From: Eledone cirrhosa
Lineage: Eukaryota
Assembly (NCBI GenBank): GCA_964016885.1
Contig: OZ024753.1
Span: forward strand, 30,256,001 to 30,320,000
Reading direction: 5' to 3'
DNA length: 64,000 bases
In this document: positions 13,098-25,382 of the stretch, in pieces
How the letters are laid out: each line of letters begins with the position of its first letter
Numbering within the stretch: position 1 is the first letter of the stretch
The notes under the pieces: generated by a model
Seen by the model: the letters and a program-made list of their open reading frames with translations, nothing else
Databases searched by the model: none
What the model was told of the DNA's origin: nothing
Translations under genes and position numbers: made by a program

Positions 13098-13272
13098 GCA
13101 CACACATATGTCCTACCCATGCTAGCGTTGAAGATGGACGTTAAACGATGATGATGATTATATATATATGGTGCCAAGAGTTTCTGAAGTATAGAGGAAG
13201 GTAAAAAAAGGCACACGGTGTAATGTACAGATCCAAAATATATTTTATACACACATAATATATACATACATA

Positions 13273-13312
<40 letters not shown>

Positions 13313-14042
13313 TGCATCTAACCCATGCTAGCGTGGAAGATGGACGTTAAACGAAGATAATGATGTTGATGACAGCAGGAAAGAGGATGTTAAAATGATT
13401 ATATATATATATATAGTAATAATAATAAATTAGAAGACTAAAATCCAAAGAAGGCTCGATAAGGATAAATATATATCATATTATATTTATATATATTAGT
13501 ATTCTAAATCTTGAATGCTTGTATAGTTTTAAAATAAATTATCCAAAGAGTTATGTATTGATTGGAATGATATTTATTTGATCATCTTTACAAAAGTGGC
13601 AATGATAAGGTTTGAATTCCGAATCTTGATGCTGTAAAATAAATATAACAAAATATATAATCTATTTACCTTTTCAGCTAAACTGTTCCAACCATGTATT
13701 TTGTATTACTTTATTTCTTGCTTCATAAGAAGCGACTAAAAGGGTTGGCTTAAGGATGGGTATTCAGTTGTAAAACTCTGTCTCAAAGTAGCTTGAACAA
13801 CCCCTGCCAGCATGGGAAAGTGGATGTAAAAACTATGATGATGTTTTGAATGGTAAATGTCATGATCCTCTTCAAGTAACATTAGAACATGGTTAGAATT
13901 AGACCTCACAAACTTTTATTTGTAATATAAAGAGGAGGTTAGGATATTGTTATTCATTGTACCACAATTAAATATATAAAGGATAGATATTTAGAAATAA
14001 AGCACTACAAGACAATATGAAAAAGATATCTATATACTATTC

Positions 14043-14235
14043 CAGACCTGCCAGCCTCTAAAAACCTAAATGGGGAGTACCATGAAATTAGGCAAGAAAT
14101 TAGGGAGAAATTAGGCAAAATGGGGAGATTTTACATAATGAAAGCTATACCCATTTTCACAAGAAAAGACATCTCTCTCCCAACCCAAAGTGGGTGGGAG
14201 ATCTCTCCGTCGGATGGGGAGGGTTGACAAGTCTG
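14043..14235 (+). mobile_element. MITE with CAGACCTGCCA-type TIRs and 6-bp TSD
   Basis: TIRs CAGACCTGCCAGCC / GGGTTGACAAGTCTG; CTATTC at 14037-14042 and 14236-14241. Confidence 0.8.
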
Positions 14236-14469
14236 CTATTCTAAACATCATGTCAGGAGAAATAGTTTTGTCGTCTGATTATGAAGCGTCTTTTAGAATT
14301 CTACTGGTTATGATGTAATAAGCAATTAAAGTGCTGCAGCTGTGTTAACTGGTTTTACGTTTAACCTATAGTTTCTTACAGCGTACGTGACCAGTGTCAC
14401 ATTAAATTTTATGCAAACTATTCATTTGCTGATAAGAATCTTTGAAAAGACAACTATGAAAAAGTAAGG

Positions 14470-14524
<55 letters not shown>

Positions 14525-14726
14525 AAAGGTTTCTTTAACATTGTGTTAACATTATTGTCTTTGATCCCATATCCAGGAATGGAATTTTCTTCTCCATTTA
14601 CCCAAATTAATCACAGTTTTATTGAGTTTTTTTCATTTTTAAATGATTTAAGTATTTTAAAAAAAAAAAATTCTGTTTCATACTCACTTTTATTTTAATG
14701 CATTATATACATTATTCTATACTGTT

Positions 14727-14802
14727 GGTGTAGACAGGACTGTGTGGTTAAGAAATTTGTTTTACAACTGCTTCGTTCTAGGTTCAATTCCACAGTGCAG
14801 CC
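14727..14802 (+). mobile_element. tRNA-derived SINE head (second family), decayed
   Basis: GACTGTGTGGTTAAG...GGTTCAATTCC A/B-box pattern. Confidence 0.55.
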
Positions 14803-15289
14803 ATAGTCATGTGATTAAAATGGAGTAGGCAGAAAATATGCAGATACCCATCAGGTGGACTGAAAGTATGAATGGTTTAATTGATATAGTAGCTGACATC
14901 CAATGGATAGGTTAATGGTTCAGGCCCTGTTCTCAACACATAATTGTGTCAGTGGTAACTCTGTAACTCTCATGTAACTCTCAGGTAACTCTCATAAACT
15001 GACTCAGTTCACCAAGTTCAAAATAGGTACTGAATTCAGTTACTCTTATAGGAAAAATGAAACTCTCGAGGAAAGATATAGCAAACCCCTTCTGTAATGT
15101 TCCAGGAAAGTATGTAGATGTGGATCTTCCACATGGCCACCAGACATCAGATTTGAGTTGATGGTTCCATCCATTCTATTTCACACTGCACTGTATACTA
15201 CATTATAGAGTTCACAAAATGGAAGAAGTTTGAATGCACTGAATGGAAGGGAATTTTACCATTTTCAGCTTGGGACTTAACTCTCATTC

Positions 15290-15525
15290 GATGCAGCGGC
15301 TACAGGCTGAAAGAGACCCTGCGGCATGCCCCACACCACATGGCTGGATATTATCAGGGAAAATCTCTGGAGGCTCGACATCACTTTAGAGGATGCTGAG
15401 GAGCTGTCATGGGACCACCAGCTATGAAGGTTGCTGGTGGACCTGGTTGGCTCTATGTATAGCAATGTTTTGGGATCACTGGCTTAGGATGTCCCTGGCC
15501 TTGTTGAGCAAGAAGAAGCAGCAGC
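15290..15525 (+). pseudogene. RTE LINE extreme 3' fragment
   Basis: LKRPCGMPHTTWLDIIRENLWRLDITLEDAEELSWD followed by an (AAG)n tail. Confidence 0.65.
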
Positions 15526-15619
15526 AACTTGGTACTTCATTAAATTTTTTGATGAAGATCACTGGATTGTTTTTGTTGACACAAATCTCTATTGGGTTCT
15601 TCAAGATTTAGTTCAATCA

Positions 15620-15830
15620 ATGGAACAGCCTGCTCATGAGATTAACATATAAGTGGCTGTGTATTCCTTAGACATGTGTACCATTAACCTAATTCTCAGG
15701 GAGATTCATCACAACACAGTATGTGACAAGGCTGGCTCTTTGTGTTATAGGTACAGTCCATCTAATGGCATTCCAGACAACTTCTATCTACCCAATTTCA
15801 CTCACAAAGCATGGGTCAACCTGAGGCTGA
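15620..15830 (-). mobile_element. SINE fragment (Nin-domain-like), decayed
   Basis: Recognised from memory as a common cephalopod SINE body (AACAGCCTGCTCATGAGATTAAC...GTGACAAGGCTGG); no database check. Confidence 0.5.
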
Positions 15831-16284
15831 ACAGTGTATGAGTCATGATATACACATACAGATGCATGTGTGTGTATGGAGGGGGGAATATCAGGTGTAG
15901 TGTTGGTGGATTTCAATAAATCTCTCCAAATTCTTCATTATTTTCAAAATAATTTGAAAATCATTGGTAGTGTCTTTCATTAGAAATATTGCAATGAAAG
16001 GGTTAATCTTTTAATAACTATGCCATTCAACAAATACCATATTGGTAGAAACAACTGTCTATTTGTTTTCTTCTTTCAATATATTAGAAAGTTTAGTTGT
16101 ATGATATTTTACCTCCAACAATCTTTCAGCCATCTTAAGCTGCCTATCTCTGTTGATAAAGTCACCTGACATTTTATGTCTCTTGTCCCACCGGTCAAAA
16201 GCAACTAGTGTATTTTCTTAATAGATGACACAAACACTTGCTTGTATCGACATCTTTGTTTTTACTCTCCTACTTATTTATCAG

Positions 16285-16339
16285 ATGGTTGCTTGTTTTA
16301 GTAGGACTTTCTCTGGCATTTAACAATCATGAAAATTAG
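16285..16339 (+). other. Candidate exon ending ATG-AAA-ATT-AG (phase 2)
   Basis: Consensus donor AG|GTAAGT at 16340; pyrimidine tract plus TCAG acceptor at 16284; ATG at 16329. Confidence 0.4.
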
Positions 16340-16459
16340 GTAAGTTCTTTTTATCTTTGTTCCATACTTCTTGTCATAAGTTTATAAAATTTATCAAGAA
16401 TTAGTTACTCCCTCATCTCCTATTGCCAGCCTGACAATAATATCTTTTTATTATTTACG

Positions 16460-16930
16460 ATCTGGATTCAAATCCGTCAAGGTTAGCTTTGCCTTTCATC
16501 CTTATAGGGGTCATTAAAATAAAGTACCAGTAAAACACTGGAGTTTATTTAATCGATTTTCCCTTCCTCTAAAATTGTTGGCCTTGTGTCTAAATCAGAA
16601 ACCATTATTGATGTTCTGAGTTCAAATTCTGCCAAGGTTAGCTTTGCCTTTCATCCTGATGGGCAGGGCTGGATTTACCATTGTGTTATGGTTTACTTAA
16701 GCATAGGGCCCCATTAGCCAGGAGGACCAATTTTTCTGCCCCCCCCCCCCCCCTCCCACATTTTTTAAACTCCTCCAGGGCCCAAGTAAAGGGCCTCATT
16801 TGTCCTAAATCTGGCACTGCTTATGGGGGTTAATAGAATAAAGTACTAGTAATGCACTGGGGTTGATTTAATCAACTTTCCCCTTCCTTTCAAATTTCTG
16901 GCCTTGTGTCTAATTTAGGAAGTTATTTTG
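16460..16930 (+). mobile_element. Two tandem Meta-like SINE copies, the second interrupted by a MITE
   Basis: B-box plus CTTTGCCTTTCATCCT core at ~16487 and ~16642; AAAGTAC..GTAATGCACTGG resumes after 16827. Confidence 0.8.
16664..16819. mobile_element. hAT-type MITE
   Basis: TIRs CAGGGCTGGATTTA / TAAATCTGGCACTG; 8-bp TSD CTGATGGG / CTTATGGG (7/8). Confidence 0.82.
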
Positions 16931-17569
16931 ATTCAACTTAAAAAAAATGGTATTGATCTATTATTTCAGGTTGTAATCAATACATATAAATATTAGAGAA
17001 TATAAGAATATATAGTTGTGTTGTTGTGTATCTCTGGTGAAAATATAGCTTTATATTGTGTGTGAGTGTTGGTGTTTTTACTTTCATCATCACCATCGGT
17101 TAATGTCCATTTTCTACGCTAGAATGGGTATCATAAACATTTCTTTTGATATAATCTGTAGTAGTTCCATTGCTGAATTGTTAAAAAGATGATTATTGAA
17201 TGGTATATGTGACATATCTGCATATGGGCAAGAATTACACTATTCTATAAATATTTATAAACTGATATATACTGCAAGCAATGTCAAAAGTAAATGTGGC
17301 ACACCAGGTTTTTGACCACTGCTGTGAGAACTTGAAGTAGTAAATAACAACATCAACCTAAAGCTTAAATATATACATGAACATGTGAACACAAACACGT
17401 TTCCACACACACATGCACATACACACATACGCAATTACATCATTACTACCACCATCATCATCATTGTCATTTAACCTGTGTAGACATATATCCATCATTG
17501 GTACTCAATACTTGAGAAAATGTATGGGTGATCTCTAGCTATTTGTACTGTGAACCTATAAGGTTATAT

Positions 17570-17946
17570 CAGACCTGTCAACTCTTCCTACATGACGGGG
17601 AGATCTCAGACCCACTTTGGGGTGGGTGAGAGATACCTTCTCTTGAGAAAATGTTTATAGCTTTCATTATGTAGGCAGTATCGGTAGAGGGTCGGACGCC
17701 ATGCTTTCCAGCATAGTTACGTCCCTTAACGATCTGAGTTCAAATCCCGCTGAGGTTGACTTTGCCTTTCATCCTTACGGGGTTGATAAAATAAAGTACC
17801 AGTAATGCACTGGGTAATTGCTGGCCTTGTGCCAAAAAGTAGAAACAATTATGTAAAATCTCCCCATTTTGCCTCATTTCTCCCCATTTTGGGGCCCCTT
17901 TTTTCATGGTACTCTGTGTTTGGGTTTTTAGAGGTTGGCTGGTCTG
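17570..17946 (-). mobile_element. Second CAGACC-type MITE copy with nested SINE
   Basis: Reverse-complement homologue of 14043-14235. Confidence 0.8.
17674..17847 (+). mobile_element. Meta-like SINE with 8-bp TSD
   Basis: ATTATGTA at 17666-17673 and 17848-17855. Confidence 0.9.
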
Positions 17947-18459
17947 TCATTGCCATCTTTTGTTTGTTTGTTACCATTTGTTAATAAATTTTCTTATTAA
18001 AATCTTAACATTCTGTAATAATTTAGCAGAAAATATCTAAACACAGGTTTGTTAATGAAAAGTTTATAGTATCTTTACTAGTGGACAGTTTCGTTTTGGA
18101 AATTTGCAGTGAATTAAAGTGATATAGTCATAGTATTGTTTTGCTCTTTTCAAGGTTGTCTTGCTAATGTGGTTACATGCAGTACAGGATGTTAAGAGTT
18201 AATATTCAAGCTGACATATAATGGATATGCTTATTTGCTCTGCTGTCTTACATATCATGCCTTGAAAACACAAACTGGTCATTTTCATATCTAAATAGGT
18301 ATGGTATAGACTAATTATTCATTATCAAATTAGTTAATCATGCTTTCCTTCTCCTTCCCCAACCACTACTTCACCCATTTCTCCATTTACCTCACACATC
18401 AATCAAAATATGGCCCCGCCCCTGAAGAGATAACATTTCAAAATACCTATTTGTACATT

Positions 18460-18533
18460 ACCCTATGTACTATACATACACTTTTTGATGAGTTGTAGTG
18501 CACCTGAGCACTGTAGACAATATTTCATTATTA
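18460..18533 (+). mobile_element. CR1-type LINE 3' tail
   Basis: TTGATGAGTTGTAGTGCACCTGAGCACTGT; also at 42058-42108 and 63318-63470, where it is linked to a WNKLP-coding segment. Confidence 0.65.
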
Positions 18534-19521
18534 TAGCTCAAAATAAACAAATAATTCAGTTAGTGCCTCATGCTGTTTCGACAGTGAAACACTAACTATT
18601 TACAAAACATACACTCTACTTTCCTAAATATTGAGTACTTAGTCTAAACTAGTAACTACCAATCTAATCATACTTTAACTAGTTCTTAGTTTATTTTCTT
18701 ATAAATCTATGGTAATTGTGAATCTTAAGATTGCAGAAAAGTTATTGTGAAGGTGATGGAAGTAGGTTAATGATAAGATGTCATTGAAGTTGACAAAACT
18801 GGATTTTTTTGGATAGAAGCAAAGGAATTTTGTTGATTATTTTTATCTTCTAAAAAAAAAAAGACGGCTCAACAACATTGAACATTTTTTTTTTAAATTT
18901 TGCAATGGTAGAATTGTCAGATTGGTTGTAAATATTAGTTAAGGAGCATGGCTTAGTGGTAAGGGAAGTGAGGGTTGTGTGTTCGATTCCCAGACCAAGC
19001 GATGTGTTACTCCTTCTGCCAGGAGTTTTGACTGGTAATGATCAGCAATTGGAAAGATTAATGGAAACATTGTTTCCTTGGTCTGATCTGATGAGTTACA
19101 CTCTACTTGGTCAGTGAATGAGGTCTGGAGTTTTGTCTAATCGTTGAAAGAGAAAAAAAGGCTGGTGTAATTATACAGATGCATACAAGTGTTTTTAATG
19201 AAAGAAATGTCTTATCACGTGAAGTTAACGTACATTTTTCATGCTAATAAGGCTTGGATGAGTTGTCACACACCAAGACAATACTTAATAAAACTACTGA
19301 CTTCTCAAATGGGCTGGGGGCCTGCTTATCACTCATATACATTCTGGCATTCTACAGAGTGCACTGGGTTTATTTTATCAGGGCACCAGCACTAAGGAAG
19401 TTTTCATATCTTTTGCACAGCTGAATAGTCTTCTTTACCCTTTATGTGACAGGGTTTTTTTTTTTTTTAATACTGGATGCCCTTCCTAACACCAACTACA
19501 TTACAGTGTGTACTGGGTGTG

Positions 19522-19680
19522 TTTATCATGTATATCACCAGCACGAGGGTGGTTGTCATGTATATCACCAGGACGAGGGTGGTTGTCATGTATATCACCA
19601 GGACGAGGGTGGTTGTCATGTATATCACCAGGACGAGGGGGGTTGTCATGTATATCACCAGGGCGAGGGGGGTTGTCATG
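19522..19680. repeat. 30-bp minisatellite (~5 copies) inside a minus-strand RTE-tail element
   Basis: Unit GTTGTCATGTATATCACCAGGACGAGGGTG; adjacent TGGATGCCCTTCCTAACACCAAC. Confidence 0.9.
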
Positions 19681-20960
19681 CTCTTGACACAACCAAAGAG
19701 TCTTGTTGACCCTAATTCCATTCATATCTAGGATGGCTTTTAGGAATATTAAATCAACTTAACTTATGTCCCTATAGCACTGTGACAACTCTATCAGGAG
19801 CTAAGGGCCCATCTGTACTTAAAAAGAAGGAAGATTCCTATCACAATAATTTATCAAATTTCGTTCCACTTTTGTAAAGTATCATCTTACATAAACATAA
19901 ATATGTTGTCATTTCATAAGTGATAGTTTAATATTCACATCAGGGTTTTTATTTTTGTTTATATCAGATAAAATAATTGATTAGATAGTGTCCTCTGTCA
20001 GATGGCATTCAGTATGATAAATACCAATGTATAGATAAATAACTGAAAATGTAATTGATTGTAATTTTATTATAGATTATAGTGTTATAGTTACTCTACA
20101 TAGCCATTGTTTTCTAAACCAACGAGGGAGCCTTTATGTAGTCACTTAATCTGCTAGAAATAACAACCAAATTTTGCACAAATTACTATGCCTCCCTTTT
20201 TTAAATGGAAGGACACATTAGATAATCTAGTTCTAGGTATATCATGTCTGAATAAATAGCAGGATGGTCACAGTAAAAAGATTTTTTTTAATCATGTCTA
20301 CTCAAACAAAGATAACAAGGATGTTTTCAGGTAGTTTGGTAACCAAAGGGTTAATTAGTAGTTACATTCTATCAATAAACCCAACCTTCAGTCATGGGTG
20401 CCTATCAATCTATAAAAACACACTCTTTAATAATTCAAATTTACAAAATCCATCATTTTAAAGGGTTACTATTTAAATGAAAATCCCCTGATATAGTTTT
20501 ATATAAGAACCATATGTTAAGCTACTAAATAATGAAATTCTGATGGTTCATCTATGTGTGCATGTGCATTTTGTTTAGCCGCATTTTCTATTTTAGAAAA
20601 TCCCTCAAAACTTCTAATGAATTAATTAAAATGGAGTGTACTTCATTAGAAATAGGTCACAAAAGAGTTTTAAAAAATACAAATATTTTTGTTTTTATAC
20701 AGTTTTTGAACTTTGTAAAGCAGGCTATATTATCATTAAAATATAAATATATATTATGTCTAGTTGTGATAATTGTTGAACCTAGTTATGACACTGGAAC
20801 ATTACCAAGCTATTGTACTAAATGTCCTTTGTTTATTGTTATAACATCATAACAACAATTAGTCTCTGTTGTCAATCTTTTGACTATTTATATTGTACTT
20901 ACAAGAATTTGTGAATCTGTCTTTCCAGTTTCTCTATTTAATGTTATGGTGTGTTGTTAT

Positions 20961-21172
20961 TTAACCCTTTAGTATTTACATTACTCTATATATACTATTA
21001 TATTTTTATGGTAAAGGCTCTACCTCACATAATACCTCGCATAACATTTACATTACTCTATATATACTATTGTATTTTCATGGTAAAGGCTTTACCTCAC
21101 ATAATACCTTGCATAATATGTGAATCTATGAGATTTTGATATTATTTATTTTGAGAACAATACCTTAACATA
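20961..21172 (+). mobile_element. MITE family A with internal duplication, right end missing
   Basis: TTAACCCTTTAGTATTTACATTAC; the ATTTACATTAC...CACATAATACCT segment occurs twice. Confidence 0.85.
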
Positions 21173-21182
21173 AAAATGAACT

Positions 21183-21905
21183 GGACATGTGAACTGTCCT
21201 ATATTTCTAATGTGACCAAAGTAATGTCCTCTTCAAAATCACAGTTAATAAAGAGGACATTACTTTGGACAGCTGAACTGTCCTATATTTCTGATGTGAC
21301 CAAAGTAATGTCCATTCATGAACCATGATTTTGGACATATGAACTGTCCTATATTTCTGATGTGACCAGTTATGTCCTCTTTAAAGTTATGTCCTCTTTA
21401 AAGTCATGTCCTCTTCATGAACCATGATTTTGGACATATGAACTGTCCTATATTTCTGATGTGACCAGAGTCATGTCCTCTTTAAAGTCATGTCCTCTTC
21501 ATGAACCATGATTTGGGACATATGAACTGTCCTATATTTCTGATGTGACCAGAGTCATGTCCTCTTTAAAGTCATGTCCTCTTCATGAACCATGATTTGG
21601 GACATATGAACTGTCCTATATTTCTGATGTGACCAGAGTCATGTCCTCTTTAAAGTCATGTCCTCTTCATGAACCATGATTTGGGACATATGAACTGTCC
21701 TATATTTCTGATGTGACCAGAGTCATGTCCTCTTTAAAGTCATGTCCTCTTCATGAACCATGATTTGGGACATATGAACTGTCCTATATTTCTGATGTGA
21801 CCAGAGTCATGTCCTCTTTAAAGTCATGTCCTCTTCATGAACCATGATTTGGGACATATGAACTGTCCTATATTTCTGATGTGACCAGAGTCATGTCCTC
21901 TTCAT
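21183..21905. repeat. 84-bp minisatellite (~8 copies)
   Basis: Unit GGACATATGAACTGTCCTATATTTCTGATGTGACCAGAGTCATGTCCTCTTTAAAGTCATGTCCTCTTCATGAACCATGATTTG with an internal 17-bp duplication. Confidence 0.93.
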
Positions 21906-22183
21906 TTATTCCTATTATTTCACTTAAGCCATTGACATGTTATTAAGTGCTTTCTCTGTTATGACAATGTCACGTAATCTCCTGATCTCTGTTACTGCCA
22001 TGTTTACATGTCTTGTCATATTTACACATATCAGGGTAATTGTTTTACTTTCTAAAACTAATAATGGTCTCTTTTATTTTTAATAAGGATAATAATAATA
22101 ATAATAATAATGTAGAGATCTGAACATGGAAACAATTGGCCAAAATTCAGTAGTCTTTTTAAAATCTCTTATGTTTATTTGCC

Positions 22184-22535
22184 TGTGTGTGTGTGTGTCT
22201 ATTCTTATGGCTGTGTGTGTGCGTAATTTTATGGATGTGTGTGTGTGTGTGTGTATTCCTATGGCTGTGTGTGTGTGTATTGCTATGGCTCTGTGTGTGT
22301 ATTGCTATGGCTGTATGTATGTGTATTGCTATGGCTGTATGTGTGTGTATTACTATGGCTGTGTGTATGTGTGTATTCTTATGGCTGTGTGTGTGTATGT
22401 GTATTCTTATGGCTGTGTGTGTGTATTCTTATGGCTGTGTGTATGTATGTGTGTATTCTTATGGCTGTGTGTGTGTGTGTATTCTTATGGCTGTGTGTGT
22501 GTATATGTGTGTATTCTTATGGCTGTGTTTATGTG
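22184..22535. repeat. Compound (TG)n-TATTCTTATGGC minisatellite
   Basis: Repeated ATTCTTATGGC separated by TG runs. Confidence 0.92.
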
Positions 22536-22683
22536 AATACCTGCACAGATATATGTAAATACCTGGGGAAGCTATATGCAATTACATGCCTATAACTTAC
22601 TTTGCTGAGACCATGCTGACCTTGCTTGGACGTCAGGTGTTAAAAATTATTTTTCAATGTTAATTAAAAAAAGAAGAAAGAAA

Positions 22684-23392
22684 ATGATGACCTCCTGCAA
22701 AGAAATAGAGCCACAGTGTAGTGTCTTTTTGACCTACTAGAAATAGTAGTTAAATAATGATGACTTCATGCAAAGAAATAGAGCCTAAGTGTAGTGTCTT
22801 GACCTACTAGAAATAGTAGTTAAATAGTTATGACTTCATGCAAAGAAATAGAGCCTAAGTGTAGTGTCTTGACCTACTAGAAATAGTAGTTAAAGAGTTA
22901 TGACCTCCTGCAAAGAAATAGAGCCTCAGTGTAGTGTCTTGACCTACTAGAAATAGTAGTTAAAGAGTTATGACCTCCTGCAAAGAAATAGAGCCTCAGT
23001 GTAGTGTCTTGACCTACTAGAAATAGTAGTTAAAGAGTTATGACCTCCTGCAAAGAAATAGAGCTTAAGTGTAGTGTCTTGACCTACTAGAAATAGTAGT
23101 TAAATAATTGTTTCTACTTTTGGCACAAGGCCAGCAATTACCCAGTGTATTACTGGTACTTTATTTTATCGACCCCATAAGGATAAAAGGCAAAGTTAAC
23201 CTCGGTGGGATTTGAACTCAGAATGGCAAGGGCCGTAACTCTATGCGTCAAAGCATGGCGTCCGACCCTCTACCGATACTGCCAATCCACCGCCCTAAGT
23301 TAAATAATGATGACCTCCTGCAAAGAAATAGCCACAGTGTAGTGTCTTGACCTACTAGAAATAGTAGTTAAATAATGATGACCTCCTGCAAA
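22684..23392. repeat. 70-bp minisatellite interrupted by a SINE
   Basis: Unit TGACCTCCTGCAAAGAAATAGAGCCTCAGTGTAGTGTCTTGACCTACTAGAAATAGTAGTTAAAGAGTTA. Confidence 0.92.
23109..23297 (-). mobile_element. Full-length Meta-like SINE with 11-bp TSD
   Basis: AGTTAAATAAT at 23098-23108 and 23298-23308. Confidence 0.92.
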
Positions 23393-24055
23393 ACTTGATT
23401 TCAATCACAAAATATTTCATCGTCACACTGTCTTAGTTTAGTTTTGGATTTATATATTTAACTTAAATTAAATTTAGCTATCTGTTGCTAATTCATAGTC
23501 ATTAACTCTTTCAAGTCTGTTGCTTCTGTTAGTCTTATAATGCTATCTCTCTATATAATTATTCTACATATAAATCCTGTTATTAATGAATTAACTGTTT
23601 CAAGACCAGAACTGCTGTTAGGAATTGTAATTGATATTCTGAACTGTTCATTCACTCTAAATCTTTAAATCTCTCAGTCAGGGTTGCTGGATCTATTGCA
23701 TAGTAACTTAACATATGGTTGTGATATAACATTATGTTGCAAGATTTTAATTTAAATCCGAACTCTTTAAAATGAGTGGTTTTGTTTCATGGAACCAGAG
23801 GCAGGTTGGTATCAAAAGAGTTAAAGAAATACATTTGCTGTAAGCTAATGGGTAACTAAAGTGAAACAAAAATCTTAAGACTGCCTATCTAGAAGTGTAT
23901 GAGGTCTACTATCTGATCTTAATGAGTGTTCTGTTTAGCATGACAAGTCTTATCTGATAATGTCGGTCTAACATGAATCGATACTAGGTTGAGATGAATG
24001 AAAAAATTATACATAACAAATATGTCCCACTAATGCCAGTATAGCAAAGCAAACA

Positions 24056-24240
24056 TTAACCTTTTATCATTTACATTACTCTATATTTACTATTATATTT
24101 TCATGGTAAAGGCTTTATCTCACATGATTATCTCACAATATCGAAGCTATGAGATTTTGATATTATTTTGAGAACAATACCTTAACATCAGTATAAGCAA
24201 CTAGTTACAGATGGTTTGAACATAATGAAGTGAGAGAGCT
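24056..24240 (+). mobile_element. MITE family A, truncated
   Basis: TTAACCTTTTATCATTTACATTAC...GAGAACAATACCTTAACATCAG. Confidence 0.8.
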
Positions 24241-25214
24241 AACGGATTTTAATATTCGCGCCTAGGTACAGTAATATTTGCAGTGATTATGTAAAAACAA
24301 ATAACCTTTGTTTATCTTTGTCTGTGTCAATATCTTTTCCCTGTGAATATATTGTAATTTAATGTGAGTCAAGAATCAAGAACCAGTTTGAAGTATTTTA
24401 ATCAACTAGAATACTAATAGTAATTATCCACTTGCAAGCTAGAGCTATCTTGATTTACCAATAAATTACACATCTATTCATCATTGGCATCATCATCATC
24501 ATCATTGTTTTTATATCTACTTCACCCTGCCAGCATGGGTTGGATTGAGGCAATATTTAATGGCCAGGTGCCTTTACTGACACCAACCCTTACTAGAATG
24601 TTAAGGTACGGTATGGATCTTTGCATGTCAAACAAGTGAACTGTTGTGGGACATTTAAAACATCACCATCTGGCCGTGTCAGATGGTAAGCAATGACCAA
24701 AGACGTGTACAGGCATATCATCATCATCATCATCATAAGATGTGAACATGCATATCCTTATCATCATTGTCTAGCATGTTTTCCCTGCCAACAAGGGTAG
24801 ACGTGTTGACATAGACTCGTCAGTATTGAAGCAGAGCCATTGCCCTCCAGTTGGGCTGTGGGCTTGACATACAATCCTGTGTTCTCAATGCAGTTTATTG
24901 TGAACATAACACTAGGGAAATTATGTCCTTGACATAACTGAAGAGTCTTCCCAACCATTTATTTCACATGTTTTCTATAATTAGATGCCCTTCCTATCCC
25001 CAACCACTTTACAGCATGCATGGGTGTATTTATCGTATAGATCACCAAAATATATATCGTATTTTCTTGTGTATAACATGAGAAATTAACAGCATGAACT
25101 AAAATTATATGAACTAAAATTAGATGAACTAAAAAAACATGAACTAAAATTAACACCCCCCCCCCCCCCTTAAAAGCAGGAGTTGTGTTATATATGAGTG
25201 CGTGTTTTCCTACA

Positions 25215-25382
25215 CTCTACCGATACTGTCAATCCACCATCATTAGGGGCCCTTTATGTTATGAATTCAAATCCCGCCGAGGTTAACTTTGCCTTTCATC
25301 CTTACGGGGGTCGATAAAATAAAGTACCAGTAATGCACTGGGGTAATTGCTGGCCTTGTGCAAAAAGTAGAAACAATTATAT
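25215..25382 (+). mobile_element. Meta-like SINE with inverted 5' segment
   Basis: 25215-25238 is the reverse complement of the SINE start; the body from ~25245 is in + orientation. Confidence 0.75.

Noticed and set aside
19446-19731. Four overlapping ORFs with 10-aa repeats
   Set aside because: 30-bp minisatellite inside a retroelement tail.
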